Part shown: piece by piece, positions 40,939-54,449 of the stretch
Position numbering within the stretch: position 1 is the stretch's first letter
Layout: the number at the start of each line of letters is the position of its first letter
DNA from: Eledone cirrhosa
Lineage: Eukaryota
DNA: 64,000 nt
Reading direction: 5' to 3'
Assembly (NCBI GenBank): GCA_964016885.1
Contig: OZ024749.1
Coordinates: forward strand, 35,464,001 to 35,528,000
Made by a program: the position numbers and the translations under genes
The notes under the pieces: generated by a model
What the model saw: only the letters and a program-made list of their open reading frames with translations
What the model was told of the DNA's origin: nothing
Database searches by the model: none

Positions 40939-41598
40939 CAATGAATATATACAAGACTCTAAATCATATAATAGAGATGACAAAGAACTGTGAGGGCTGC
41001 TGTTATGCTGTGCTAGTGAAGACCTGAACACCAACATAAAATGTTTTCTAATCCATCCTCAGCTGTAGAAAGCTTGCCAAACAAAGGTTGGGAGGACTCT
41101 TCAGTTGTGTCAAAGACGTGACAACTTCTCTAGTGCTGATGACATGATAAAATAAACTTAATACAACATGGGACCTTATGTAAGTGAGATGTGAATCCAA
41201 CTGCTTGTCTGGGAGGTCAGTAGCCTTGCTTTAGTTCTGACTCAGTCTGTGAAGACTTGTCCAACCCTTGCTAACAAGGAAAGCAGACGTTAAATGATGA
41301 AGATGATAATGATATACACATATTCATATATATCACCATCATCATCATTTTAAGTCCACTTTCAATGCTGAAATGCATTGGAGGTGGTGATAATGGTGGG
41401 AGATATTTTCTCAGTTATATATACTCAATGCTCAATGGAATATACTGAATAACAGTAACTATTTGAGGTGAACTAATTCCTTTTAGTGCTCAACAATATT
41501 TGAATAGTAGCAGCAATTATTTGAAGAGAACCATTTCCTTTCAATCATATATATATATACTCAGAGACAGTAATTATTTGGAGTGAACTATTTGTGAA

Positions 41599-41868
41599 GG
41601 CACGTGGGTTAGTGGTTAGAGAGTTGGATTTGCAATCGTGAGGTTGAGAGTTCAATTCTTGGACCAGGTGATGTGTTGTGTCCTTGAGCAAGACACTTTA
41701 TTTCACGTTGCTCCTTCTTCCAGAAGTTACAACCGGTAGATAGTATTAGCAGTGGAAAGACCAATGGAAACATTGTTTCCTTGGTCCGACTTAATGAGGT
41801 CCACCTTACTCGGTAAGCGAATGAGGTCTGAGATCTTGTTGATCGATCAGATTGAGATTTCCTGTCAA
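41599..41868 (+). mobile_element. tRNA/CORE-type SINE
   Basis: Same family as 57118. Confidence 0.85.
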
Positions 41869-43389
41869 TACTCAATGGTATAAACTGAGTAACAGTAATT
41901 ATTTGGGGTGAACTACTTCCTTTTAATCATATATATACTCAGTAACAGTAATTATTTGGGGTGAGCTATTTCTTCTCAATGCTCAATGGAATATACTGAA
42001 TAACATAATAACTGTAATCTATGTAGATGTTGTTATACGTAGGAGATAATTAAACAATATAATTTAATATAAGAAAATTTCATTAAGTTAACCAAGTTAA
42101 TATTTTCTCAGATAAATTTTCAAAATAAAATTCAATTATTCAATTTCATAGTGATTCTTATAATTTAGTTAAAAACCAAAAAATAAAATAAAAAAACTGT
42201 AATAATAACAACAATAATAACAATAACATTAATAATGATAATAATCAACAACAATAATGATAATGAAAAATTATAAAATATATCTTCACTTTTGGTGAAA
42301 GGAATAATTGTCAACCATTAAAGATGGCAGTTGCTCTTCTTGTCTTCTGTCTCCTCCTTCTTCTCCTCCTTTCGCTTCTTCTCTCTCTTTCTCCTTCTCC
42401 CTTTCCTTCTCCTTCTGTCTTTGGTTCTTCAGTAAATGGTAAATATCTTTATTCCATCATTCAATAGATGTTAACACTTCACTTTGGGCTTTCATAATTC
42501 ATTCTCTATTCACAGCTCTTGTGGTAATGATAATGACAGTGGTGGTGGTGGTGGTGGTGGTGATGTAGTGGTGGTGGCGGTGTTGGTGGTGGTGGCGGTG
42601 TTGGTGGTGGTGGTGGTGGTGGTGGTGGTGGTGGTGATGTAGTGGTGGTGGTGGTGGTGATGTAGTGGTGGTGGAGGTGGTGATGAAAATGATAAAAATA
42701 ATGCTGCTGGTTCTGGACTGTGTGGCATCTTGAGCAAGTGTCTTTTTATTTGCAGAGACCTATAGTCTTGTATTTACCAATGCCTTGGGAGTGAAATTTG
42801 GTAGACAGAAACTGCAAAAACATGTTGCATATATATGTTTTTGATTGTAACCCTAGAAGGGCATCCAGCAGTATAAATCCAAACCAAATTTACAGTTCCG
42901 TCTGAGCAAGGTATGGTGTGTCTAATTGGCCAGACTTGTCTAATGATGTAGGTGACCCGTCTAACCTATACAAACATAGGAAATGGACATTAAACAGTAA
43001 TGATGATGGACATTAAACAGTAATGATGAGGTCTCTGTTTATGTCATAAAAGAATCAATAAAATTAGTAGCAGACTTGAAAACAATAAGTACTGAGGTTT
43101 GATATGATTAAATAAATGAAGGCAGTGCTCCATTATGGCCACAGTCTAATGACTTAAAGCAGTAAAATAATATAAGACTAAGTAAAACTACCCCAACTAT
43201 TGTAAAACAGACCAAATTAAAATGTTATGTCATCTTAGCCATTGGTAGCTTGTTTCATTCGTTATTTTTTTTTTGTTTTTTTTTTCCTTGCTGTTTATTC
43301 AAAATATAAAGGTTTAACCCACACTATCTGAAACTATCCTGATTCTATAATATTATGCTGTTTATTTTTTCACTTTTGATATCAAACCA

Positions 43390-43617
43390 CATGAAACCAT
43401 CTGTGGTTTTATGATACAAAACTGATACAAAACTGTTTCTTTATGATACAAAACTGTTTCTTTTAAAGTGTCTATATTTATCTAAAAAATTGTTATGTTC
43501 TAAACACCAGCTTAATAATGAGAAGTTTAATAATTTTACAAAATCCCTTCAAATTCTTTATTATTTGAAAATCCCAGGCAACATCGTTTATTAGAAATAT
43601 GGTGACAAATGGGTTAA
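43390..43617 (+). mobile_element. AT-rich piggyBac-like MITE remnant
   Basis: Ends AAATATGGTGACAAATGGGTTAA; related pieces at 50205-50540, 53110-53480 and 53820-53890. Confidence 0.45.
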
Positions 43618-43988
43618 ACATTTACCTGAGGTGATGTCAGTGAGAAGACATTTTAAAAAAAAGACAAATATTTGAAAGCAACACTAAACAACTAAATATA
43701 TACTTCCATTTCAATGGCAGCAATAATGTCTCTAGTTGTATGTAATGGTCAGGAAGACACTGCTAGTGTCTTAGCAACCATTCTTTGGCTTCTTTAGCTT
43801 CTTTAGCTTCTGTTCTATGTCTGTTGTGTTATGTATGGAGTTCAGCTAATTCTTGGCTTTAGAAGAAAATAATATCACAGCAGCAATAGACTGCAAGACT
43901 TCACATCTATCATAACATCACACACAGCTTTGGATTTAGAACAAACTCCATATAAATACCTTCATAGATATATGTGTGCCTGTATGTA

Positions 43989-44087
<99 letters not shown>

Positions 44088-44396
44088 ACATATATATGTA
44101 TATATATATATATATGTGTATGAATATATATGTGTATGTATATATATGTATGTATACATATATACATATATATATATGTGTGTATGTATGTATATGTATG
44201 TATGTATATGTATATATATGTATATATATATTTGTATGTATATATATGTATGTATATATATATATATATATATAAATACACAAACATGTATAGCACATGC
44301 TCACCTTTTTTTACTCCATTGCTCTTTTCTCTCTCCCTCTCTCTCACTCTCGCTCTCTCTCTCTCTCTCTCTCTCTGTATATATATATATATATAC

Positions 44397-44457
<61 letters not shown>

Positions 44458-44532
44458 TAGGTAAAATCCCAACCATGGCACCACGCGGTTTGGGATTATG
44501 ATTAGTGGTCTCCCCAGGCTCAGCACCACAGG

Positions 44533-44630
<98 letters not shown>

Positions 44631-44631
<1 letters not shown>

Positions 44632-45038
44632 AAAAGTTATATTTAAATTGTTGGGATATCAACAAATATTTCGAGTAAAAATACGATATTAACAAATGGA
44701 AACTATATTTATAAAACCATATTTATTTCATTATACATATTTCAAGGACACCAAGTTAAATTATGGTGTGCTTTGATGAGATAAAATATAATATAGATCA
44801 GTTTTATAAATAAATATTGACATACCCTTAAAAAATGCAACCATTACTGTTGGAAGCTCCCGGGAGCTTCCAACAGTAATGGTTGCATTTTTTAAGGGTA
44901 TGTCAATATTTATTTATAAAACTGATCTATATTATATTTTATCTCATGAAAGCACACCATAATTTAACTTGGTGTCCTTGAAATATGTATAATGAAATAA
45001 ATATGGTTTTATAAATATAGTTTCTATTTGTTAATATC

Positions 45039-45042
<4 letters not shown>
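44631..45042. mobile_element. Family A spacer-less palindrome with 181-bp arms and mutated hammerhead cores
   Basis: Centre CCC|GGG at 44861/44862; cores read CTCATCA (minus) and CTCATGA (plus). Confidence 0.9.
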
Positions 45043-45101
<59 letters not shown>

Positions 45102-45188
45102 TATATTATATATTATGGAATACTGTTGGCTTCTTGCTACAATAATTTCTATACTTTTCATTTATATATATATATATATATATATATA

Positions 45189-45354
45189 GGTAAGTTATAC
45201 CGGGTTGAATCGGAGGTAACCACAGTAAGTAAGGTACTCAATACATAGCAGAGCATAAAAGTCTTAATATAGATGAGATTCTATAGGACTAGAACTGTTT
45301 CATTCTCAAGAATGAAACAGTTCTAGTCCTGTAGAATCTCATCTATATTAAAAC
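45189..45354 (-). mobile_element. Family B fold-back element centred on hammerhead stem II
   Basis: Arms 45261-45306 and 45309-45354: ...TTTCATTCT ca AGAAT-GAAA-CAGTTCTAGTCCTG-TA^GAATC. Confidence 0.85.
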
Positions 45355-45632
45355 TATATATATATATATATATATAGCTGTGTGTATCTGGTTTAGATTA
45401 TACATACATATATATATACACACCTAACCTCCTCTGTAAAGTGGTAATGCTGGTGGTACAATGGAATACACCCAGTACACACTGTAAAGTGACAGTGTTG
45501 TTACCATACTAAACTTCACCCAGTACACTGTATAAATTGGTTGGTGTTAGCAAGGACATCCAACTGTAGAGACCATGTCAAGACGCGGTTCCTCAACATG
45601 GAAAGTCACCTTAGAATGTTGATGATGGTAAT

Positions 45633-45750
45633 AATTGTTTCTACTTTTGGCACAAGGCCAGCAATTACCCAGTGCATTACTGGTACTTTATTTTATCGAC
45701 CCCGTAAGGATGAAAGGCAAAGTTAACCTCGGCGGGATTTAAACTCAGAA
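45633..45750 (-). mobile_element. Partial Meta/MESC-domain SINE
   Basis: 3' two-thirds of the 8235 family. Confidence 0.85.
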
Positions 45751-45974
45751 TGGATGGTAATAATGATGATAATGAACAGAATGATCTATAAATAAACAGA
45801 AAATTACTGAGAGAAAATGTGCTGTAGACCTATTCAACCCATAGCATAACGATAATGGATTTGTACTGAATTACCTTAGTAATCAGCAGAAGGAAACTAT
45901 TTACTCATATAGAGCTTGAGACTATCTTAGCAGTGACACCTTTATCACTGATAAATATGTTAATTTAGTTCTGG

Positions 45975-46672
45975 TTGATGTTGTTGTTGTTGGTGCTGGT
46001 TCTGGTGTTGTTGTTGGCAGTTATGGTGATAGTAATGGTGTTATTGGTGATGGTAGTGCTGTTGTTGTTCGCAGTGATGGTGGTGATGTTATTGGCAGTG
46101 ATGGTGATGGTGGTGGTGGTGGTGTTGTTGTTGTTGGTAGTGATAGTGATGGTATTGTTGGTAGTGATGGTGATGGTGATAGTGGTGATGTTATTGGTAG
46201 TGATGGTGTTGTTTGTGATGGTGTTGTTTTGTTGGTGAGGGTGCTGTTGGTGATAGTTGTAATGATGATGGTAGTGATGTTGTTGTTGGTAGTGATAGTG
46301 ATGGTATTGTTGGTGGTGATGATGGTAATAGTAATGGTGTTGTTGATGATGGTGATGGTGGTGATGTTATTGTTAGTGATGGTGTTGTTGGTGATGGTGC
46401 TGTTGGTGATAGTTGTAATGATGATGGTAGTGATGTTGTTGTTGGTAGTGATAGTGATGGTAGTTGTTGGTGGTGGTGATGGTAATAGTAATGGTGTTGT
46501 TGATGATGGTGATGGTGGTGATGTTATTGTTAGTGATGGTGTTGTTCGTGTTGGTGTTATTGGTGGTGTTGGCATTGGTGTTATTGGTTATGTTGGTAAT
46601 GTTAGTGGTGTTTGTATTGTTGGTAGTGTTGGTGGAGTTGATAGTGCTTGTACTGTTGTTGTTGGTGATGGT
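45975..46672. repeat. (GTT/GAT/GGT)n trinucleotide block
   Basis: Directly visible. Confidence 0.9.
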
Positions 46673-47702
46673 GACCTACTGACTAAAACTTAGTAGAAAG
46701 CTATAAGACTAAGTAAAACTACCCCACATATTGTAGAACTGACTAAATTATATTGTTATATCATCTTAAATACTGGTAGTTTGTTATATTTTTTCATTTT
46801 TTTCTTTCTGTTTATTCCATACATACACTGAAGCAAACCTTGAGAGCAAATAGAGTGTCTTGCTCAAGGACACAGTGCATTATTGGGAATCCAATTCATG
46901 TCCTTGCAATCATGAGCTGAACACCCTAACCACTAAACTAAGCAGCTTTACATACACACACACACACACACAACACACAATGACAAACACATCCACTCTC
47001 CCTTACAGACATGCATATACACAATCATAATAAAAACAGAGTGCTACCATTTATGGCTAATTTTATGGTAAATCCTTGCAGACTTTTGGTCAATGCTATT
47101 ACATGGAAAGAATATAAAAGTGTAATATAATTCCTTTTTCAGTGAAATGGAAGATTTAAAATCTACCATGCTGGTCTTTAAAGAAGAAAATAAAGCCGAG
47201 ATTTGGATGGATCAAATGGAATGATATGTGGAACTAACCAGATTCTCCAAGACACACTTCAGACAATTGCTTGTACAGTGGAGCAAGAATTGTAATTAAA
47301 ACCATTCTGCAACTGTTGTGTTTTCCCCTCTATATTCTGTTAAAAAAATATAGTTTTACAGAGAATAAGTTGTAGAATATGAAGATAATGATAACAAAAA
47401 ACTATATTATTAAATGTTGTTGTTGTTGGTGGTGGTGATGGTGATGATGACGGTGGTGGTGACGGTGGTGGTGACGGTGGTATTGTTGTTTTTTATTCTG
47501 GTATTGTTGAAATTGTTGTTGTTCTCGCTGCCTGTTTGTTTATTGCTGTTTCTCTCTCTCTCTCTCTCTCTCACTCTTTCTATCATAGACTTTCTTTTAC
47601 TTACCCACCTCTCTCTATCCCTTGTTCTATCTCTCTATTACAAGAGGTGAAAGAATTCTAGCCAGATACAGCCGGTTTAAATGCTAAAGGGTTAATAACC
47701 AA

Positions 47703-47945
47703 ATGGTTGTTTAGTTGTTGATTGTCAAAGCTCTTTCGTCACACATTCTGTGACCTCCTCAGTTACTTTGTGTCTCTCCTTTATTCTGTTTTACACTAGA
47801 TGGTGTAAAACAGAACAAAGGAGAGACACAAAGTAAAACAAAAGTAGTGATCGAGGAGGTCACAGAATGTGTGACGAAAGAGATTTGACAACCAACAATT
47901 AAACAACCATCCAGATATCAAACTAACTAACTGACTGGGAAATTA
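47703..47945. mobile_element. Fold-back element with hammerhead-like motifs in both arms
   Basis: Minus strand 47722-47766: CTGAGGA-G-GTCACA gaatg TGTGAC-GAAA-GAGCTT-TGAC; plus arm has core TCGAGGA; centre at ~47799. Confidence 0.7.
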
Positions 47946-47968
47946 TAATTATATATACACACACACAC

Positions 47969-48030
<62 letters not shown>

Positions 48031-48946
48031 TGATGTGTTTCTCTCTTTTATTTTTTCTCTAATTTTCTGTCGCTTCTGTCAATAATGAAAATGGTGATGA
48101 TGATGATGACAATGAAGAAGATAGTGATGCTGTGAAAAGGAGAACCCATGCCAAAAGAGAAGAAGAAAAGGATAATGATTTAAAAACAAACAAAGAACAA
48201 CAACAACAACAACAACAACAATGTGTGCTGAATTATTAATTAAGGATGGATGGTTATACAATTACACGTGTATTTGTGTGTATGTGTGCATGTATGTGTG
48301 TGTGTCTGTGTGTGTGTATGTGAATGTGTGTGTATGTGTGTGTGTGTGTCTGTGTGTCTGTGTCTGTGTGTGTCTGTGTGTGTGTCTGTGTGTGTGTGTA
48401 TCTGTGTGTCTGTGTCTCTCTGTGTGTGTGTGTCTGTGTGTGTCTGTGTGTGTATATGTGAATGTGTGTGTCTGTGTGCCTGTGTTTCTGTGTGTGTGTG
48501 TGTGTGTCTGTGTGTGTCTGTGTGTGTGTCTGTGTGTGTCTCTCTGTGTGTGTGTGTGTGTCTGTGTGTCTGTGTCTCTCTCTCTCTGTGTGTGTGTGTG
48601 TGTGTCTGTGCGTGTGCAACCCCTTAACGAAGTTTCAATAACACTTTCCTATATGATTGATTCATCTGTGTTGCTGTACGATCTCAAGGTGAGATGGCCA
48701 GCATACCATCATCATGACAACAGCGAGTGAAATAGTAATTCTAGTGGATCTACAACAGGGATATGACAGTCACAGATCTTCATGGCTCTTCCAACAATAT
48801 CACACTACTGTAGAGTAGTTTTCCATTTCAGTTGGGATCGAATATCAAATATGTTATCTTTTATCTAATCAAGTGTTTGTCTTGGTATAAACCTCAGATA
48901 AATCTATGTCTGAAGGATTACGCATATATTTCTATGTATGTATAAT

Positions 48947-48978
<32 letters not shown>

Positions 48979-49284
48979 ACATATGTATGTATATATATAT
49001 GTACATATGTATATATATATATATATATGTATGTACATATGTATATATATATATGTACATATGTATATATATATATCTACATATGTATATATATATATGT
49101 ACATATGTATATATATATATATGTACATATGTACATATGTATATATATATATATATGTACATATGTACATATATATATATATGTACATATGTATATATAT
49201 ATATCTACATAAGTATAATATATATATGTACATATATATATATATATGTACATATATATATATATATATATATACATACGCATG

Positions 49285-49500
49285 CATATATTGAAGTGGT
49301 ATGGACATGTGAAAGGTGACAGCTGCATAAAAAGGTGCAGGGTGCTCAAAGTTGATGGAAGCTGTGGATTAGAAAGACCTATGAAGACTTGGGATGAGGT
49401 GATAAAAGTTGAACTTGCACAATTGCATCTCTCAATGACACAGGATGGAGATCTCTGCTGTTATGCAGTAATACAGAAGACCCACCTTCCTGTGTGCACA
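49285..49500 (+). mobile_element. RTE LINE 3' fragment
   Basis: LKWYGHV...[30 protein letters not shown]; same family as 1281-1710. Confidence 0.85.
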
Positions 49501-50611
49501 AGTTGAAGCATACATCTAATATGCACCACATTCCATCCCACTGGACAAAACTCCCCACCCCATCAGACAAAACCTCGACCCCACAGGAGAAAACCCCACC
49601 AGACAAAATAGCCCACTCCACCAAAGTAAATTCCCACCCCATGAAACAGATCTGCCACCCCACTGGACAATATACTAGCCCCACCTCATTGAAGAAAACC
49701 TTCCACTTCACAGTACAAAGCCTACTAACAAATATATATATAAATAAAATAGAATTTGAATATAGCTGAAAGCTAGATAGCAGATTTATATTTTACATAC
49801 ACATTTCACTTAATGTTGGACATAAATATGTTTTTGTTATCATACATTTTATTTGGTCTGTTTATTGTTGCAATAAGAGTTATTTTCAAAGTGTTTTTCT
49901 AAGAAATTAATAAAAACTCCAAATAGATTTTATCTTCTTTCTGTTTTTAACCTGAGGTAAATGTTGATACATACATGGTTTTAGTTTATTATTTATATAA
50001 GATAAATTATATTTCATAATGTTAGCTAGTTAAAAAGAATATAGATTTTGTTTTAATTTTACTGTTTTTTTATTTTTTTAATTTTTTTTTGTCCCTTTCT
50101 CATATGAGAGATAGGTTGAAAGCAAATTGGAAAGGAAAATATATTTTAGGAAGGGAGCTGAAAGGAAAATGAACAATAACAAAACAATAACAATAACAAA
50201 ATTCTATTAACTCTTTCATAACCATATCTCAAATGAAAGACACTGGCTATGGTTTTCAAATATGTTTTTTTAAATAATCAAGAATTTGGACTCGTTTAGT
50301 AATATAACTTCCTTATTTTTTCTGTTGGTGTTTGGAACATAATATAACAAAGGTTCTCACAGAAAATTATGTTGAAAGATTTTTAGATAAATATAAACAC
50401 TAAAATCTTTTTTTTACCATATTTCTAACAAAAGATGACCCCTGATTTTCAAATCATTTCGAAAATAATCAAGAATTTAGAGGTATGCAGTAATATAACT
50501 TTCTCATTCTTAAGCTATTGTTTGGAACATAACTTAACAATGGTTCTTAGTTGGCCTCATGATCTGTAAAAAAAAAAACACAGACACAAACGGTCCAATA
50601 TATATTATAGT

Positions 50612-50785
50612 AATAGAAGCTTTTGCTGTGATATTGACTAAAGAAATTTTAGCCTGATAATGGAGTTTAGAACCCTCCAAGAGATGGAAAAAGATGAGTA
50701 TTGACATACATGTACGTCAATAGTCATCTTTTTCCATTTCAGGCTAAGATTTCTTGAGTAAAAAATACAGCGAAAGCTTCTATTT
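50612..50785. repeat. Imperfect inverted repeat, probably an old fold-back element
   Basis: AATAGAAGCTTT.GCTG / CAGCGAAAGCTTCTATT and ATGGAAAAAGATGA / TCATCTTTTTCCAT; centre at ~50710. Confidence 0.65.
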
Positions 50786-51344
50786 CTATTTTCAAACTCG
50801 CTCGCTGCTTCAAAACAAACTTACAAATATTATAGTATAAGTGTTAGAGTATTTTACAGCCACGAATACTCTTAAGTCAAGCAGATTTAGTATGACAAGG
50901 TCAGCTCTTTGAATTACAGATGCAACTCATTTTTTTCCAGCAGAGTGGACTGCTTAAGCAACACAAAATAATGTATCACACCACCTGGAATCGAACTAAC
51001 AACCATGACTCCAATACCTTAACTACTAAGCAATGTATCTTCATAGATGCACTCAAATACATGCACACACATATACACAAAACGCAGAAACAAAAATAAA
51101 AATTAAAAAAAAGGAGGAGGCTATCTCAAAGATGAAAATGATTCCACATGGATGTTGATAACTGATATTCTAGACATGGCATGTCTTGGGGCCTTCCTGG
51201 AACTAAAGAGTCTAGTGCTAGAATCTTCAGATAAACATGTAAAAAAAGAAAATATTGAACAAAAAAAAAACAGAAGGAAAGGAATGGAAAAATCTATTTT
51301 TAGCAAATTCTTCAATTTAACCGAAGGAAATGAGAAATGGAATG

Positions 51345-51865
51345 AAATATACAGCTCCTGCCTAAATAGGTTTAGCTGACCTCCTACAAAGTTGTATCTC
51401 ATAGGTTTCTGGGGTGATTTAATTATAGGGGGTCACAGTTCAATTATGTTACTGTTACAATTCACACTTATGTACATTTAGCTGGCTTCCTTTGGAGGAA
51501 TATCATAGGAGGTTTCTTAGATGTTTTAATGATAGGGACTCAAGTCCTAACATGCTTTTATAGCTCCCACTTCTATAGGTTTAAGTGGCCTCATAGGTTT
51601 CTTGGGTGTTTTAATGATAAAGGCCACAGTCCTCTCATGTTGTCACAGCTCACATCTCTGTAAGTTGAACTGGTCTCCTACAATATTGTATCTCATAGGT
51701 TTCTTTGGTGTTTTAATGATAGGTGTCCCCAGTCCTATCATGAAAAGCAATATGAAATATAGTGTCTTGCACAAGAACACAATATGCTACCCAATCCAAG
51801 AATTGAAACCATGACCTTATAACCAAGAGTCCAACACCCTAACCAATAGGACATGCTCCTTCAAA
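51345..51865 (-). mobile_element. CORE-type SINE head followed by ~4 diverged copies of the 106-bp satellite unit
   Basis: Minus-strand ATGATAGGACTGGGGACACCTATCATTAAAACACCAAAGAAACC matches the satellite; TSD-like TAACYGAAGGAA at 51318 and 51869; empty site at ~52459. Confidence 0.75.
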
Positions 51866-53926
51866 ATCTAACTGAAGGAAGAAATAAAAAAAAAGCAACA
51901 TATTCTCAATGGATATCAAAAACTTGACGTCATTATATATTTAAATATTTATAAAAGGTTTGCCTCTTTTCTTTATTATGTAATCTCTCTTCATCATAAC
52001 AACAGGGAAATGTAAATAACTTCTACTTACCAAAGCTGTATATAACTATATGTTGACAAGGTGACATATAGTTCATTGCAATGATACAGTTTCAAGATTC
52101 TCTGTTAGAAATATTCTACCTTGCTAATAAGGCAGTGACTTGCCAGAGTTGTTAGAATGTTTTGTGGTATGTGTTCCAGCACTCTGCCCTATGCATTCGA
52201 TTTCTCCTGAGGTCAATTTTACCTTTCATCCTTTTCAGGTCGATAAATAAATACCAGTTTAGTGCTGAGGCCGATTATTCCCTTGTATCGCTTTACCACT
52301 TTTTCATTCCAAGTTTAAATATCCAATTCACACCATATTTAATTTCGGAAGTCCTATAATATATGAGGAGTACAGGGCCAAATGGCATGTCTTGAGGAAG
52401 AAAGGGGGAAAAAAATAGGAATGGAACGGAAATTCTATTTCCAGCAAATTCTTCAATTCAACTGAAGGAAGAACAAAAGAAGAGATCTTCTCAATAGATA
52501 TTAAAAACTTGTTCATGTCAATATATGCTTAAATATTTATATAATCTTTTTTTGTTTCTTTTCTCTATCAGGTAATCACTCTTCTCCTTAACAAGGAGAG
52601 AAAAAACAAACTTCTGCTTATCAAAGCTGTATATAACTATATGTTGACAAGGTGACAAATAGTTCATTGCATTTCCACAGCTTCAAGACTGTCTGTTAGA
52701 AAATATGTACACACCATGTCATTATTCCTTCCTTTTATCACACTCTGCAATCCTTGTGTCTTTAAAAATCTCTGTTCAGTAATGGCATTATGTGATGGTG
52801 AATAGCTGATTTTCTGTAAATTTCCCCATCACTTTATCATACAATTAACTATATATCATTCCTTTAAGGTTAATTTCACGACATTTCATTCACTTCCTTT
52901 TATATTTTCTGTCATGCAATGTCTTGTTTCATTCATCATTCTGCTATCTCTCTTCATGCACAACTGTCGGAATCTTCTATGTTGCTATAGTAACTCACAC
53001 CTAGTTATTTCCAACAACCAGATTTAGTGAACAACTGCAGAAAGCCAGTAGTTATGTTACATTATTATTTTACCAGAAAATATTCACAATTTCTAATGTT
53101 ATGTTCCTTAACGTTTTCAATACCAAACTGTCTGAAACCACTCCTGGTGCTACAATACAAAACTGTTTGTTTTAAAGTGTTTATCATCATCATCGTCATC
53201 ATTTAACGTCGATTTTCCAAACTTGCATGGGTTAAAAACCTTCCATCATAATTTTATGTAAAAACCTTTGTCAATTTATGTTCCAAACATCAACATAATA
53301 ACAAGAAAGTTCTTTATTTTCAAAATTATTTGAAAACCATAGGCAGTATCTTCCATTTGAAATACAGTAACAAATGGGTGAAAGTGTTTATATTTATCTA
53401 AAAAAACCTTCCATCATAGTTTTATGTAAGAACCTTTGTGAAGTTATGTTTCAAACACCAGCTTAATAATGAGAAAGTTAGCTACATTATGGGGTAAGAA
53501 ACTCTCAGGAGAGCTGGACAGCAGAAGATCTTCAGAGAAGAAACCCCACCTCAAGCAAGTGTTTCAGCCTTTAAATTCTGAAAAATTATTACTAAATCCT
53601 TCCAAATTCTTGGATATTCTTAAAATTTGAAATGGAGTCAAAATGAAAAAAAAATCGCTATAATAATAATAGTTTTAGAAAATCAGGTAAAATATTTTTT
53701 AGGAAGAGAAAACATCAAAATTTAGTGAACCTGGTTATTAGTTCTTGTGATTTCTGTATTTGGATTCCAGCATTTCAAATTTCAAATCATCCAAGTGCCT
53801 CAATAATTCACAATATTGGTTTAATCTCAAAATTATTTGAAAACCACAGGATGTGTCTTTCAGTAGAAATATGATAACAAAAGGATTAATTGCGGCACTG
53901 ACTGATCTCCACTATTTCAATATTAA

Positions 53927-54122
53927 TGGGCGGTGGATTGGCAGTATTGATAGACCGTCAGACACCATGCTTTGCAGCATACAGTTATGGCCCTTTACGT
54001 TCTCAGTTCAAATCATAAAGCTGAGATTAGCTTTGCCTTTTATCCTTACGGGGTCGATAGAATAAAGCACCAGTAATACACTGGGGTATTTGCTGGCCTT
54101 GTCCCAAAGGTAGAAACAATTA
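53927..54122 (+). mobile_element. Meta/MESC-domain SINE
   Basis: Same family as 8235. Confidence 0.85.
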
Positions 54123-54449
54123 TTTCAATATTAATAAAATAGACTTACAATTCCTGAGGCATGAGTTCCAATCTGCTGAAAATATTTTATTGGCTCTGGA
54201 GGCACCCCACACCCTTAATATATGATTCTCAGTTGATATATCTGTGAGTAACCAAATATATTCCCTCACTCAGGCCTTTGTTATATCCAGAGTTAAGATT
54301 ATTGACCTTGAGGCAGCCTCCCTAACTCTTAATGCCAAAATATTCCCTCACTCAGACTCCTATCACCTCATTTACTTTTAGGGTCTCAGTGCTTGTATCG
54401 ATGGACAGGGGACAGGTTTTTTTTAATTGTGTGTGTGTGTATATATATA

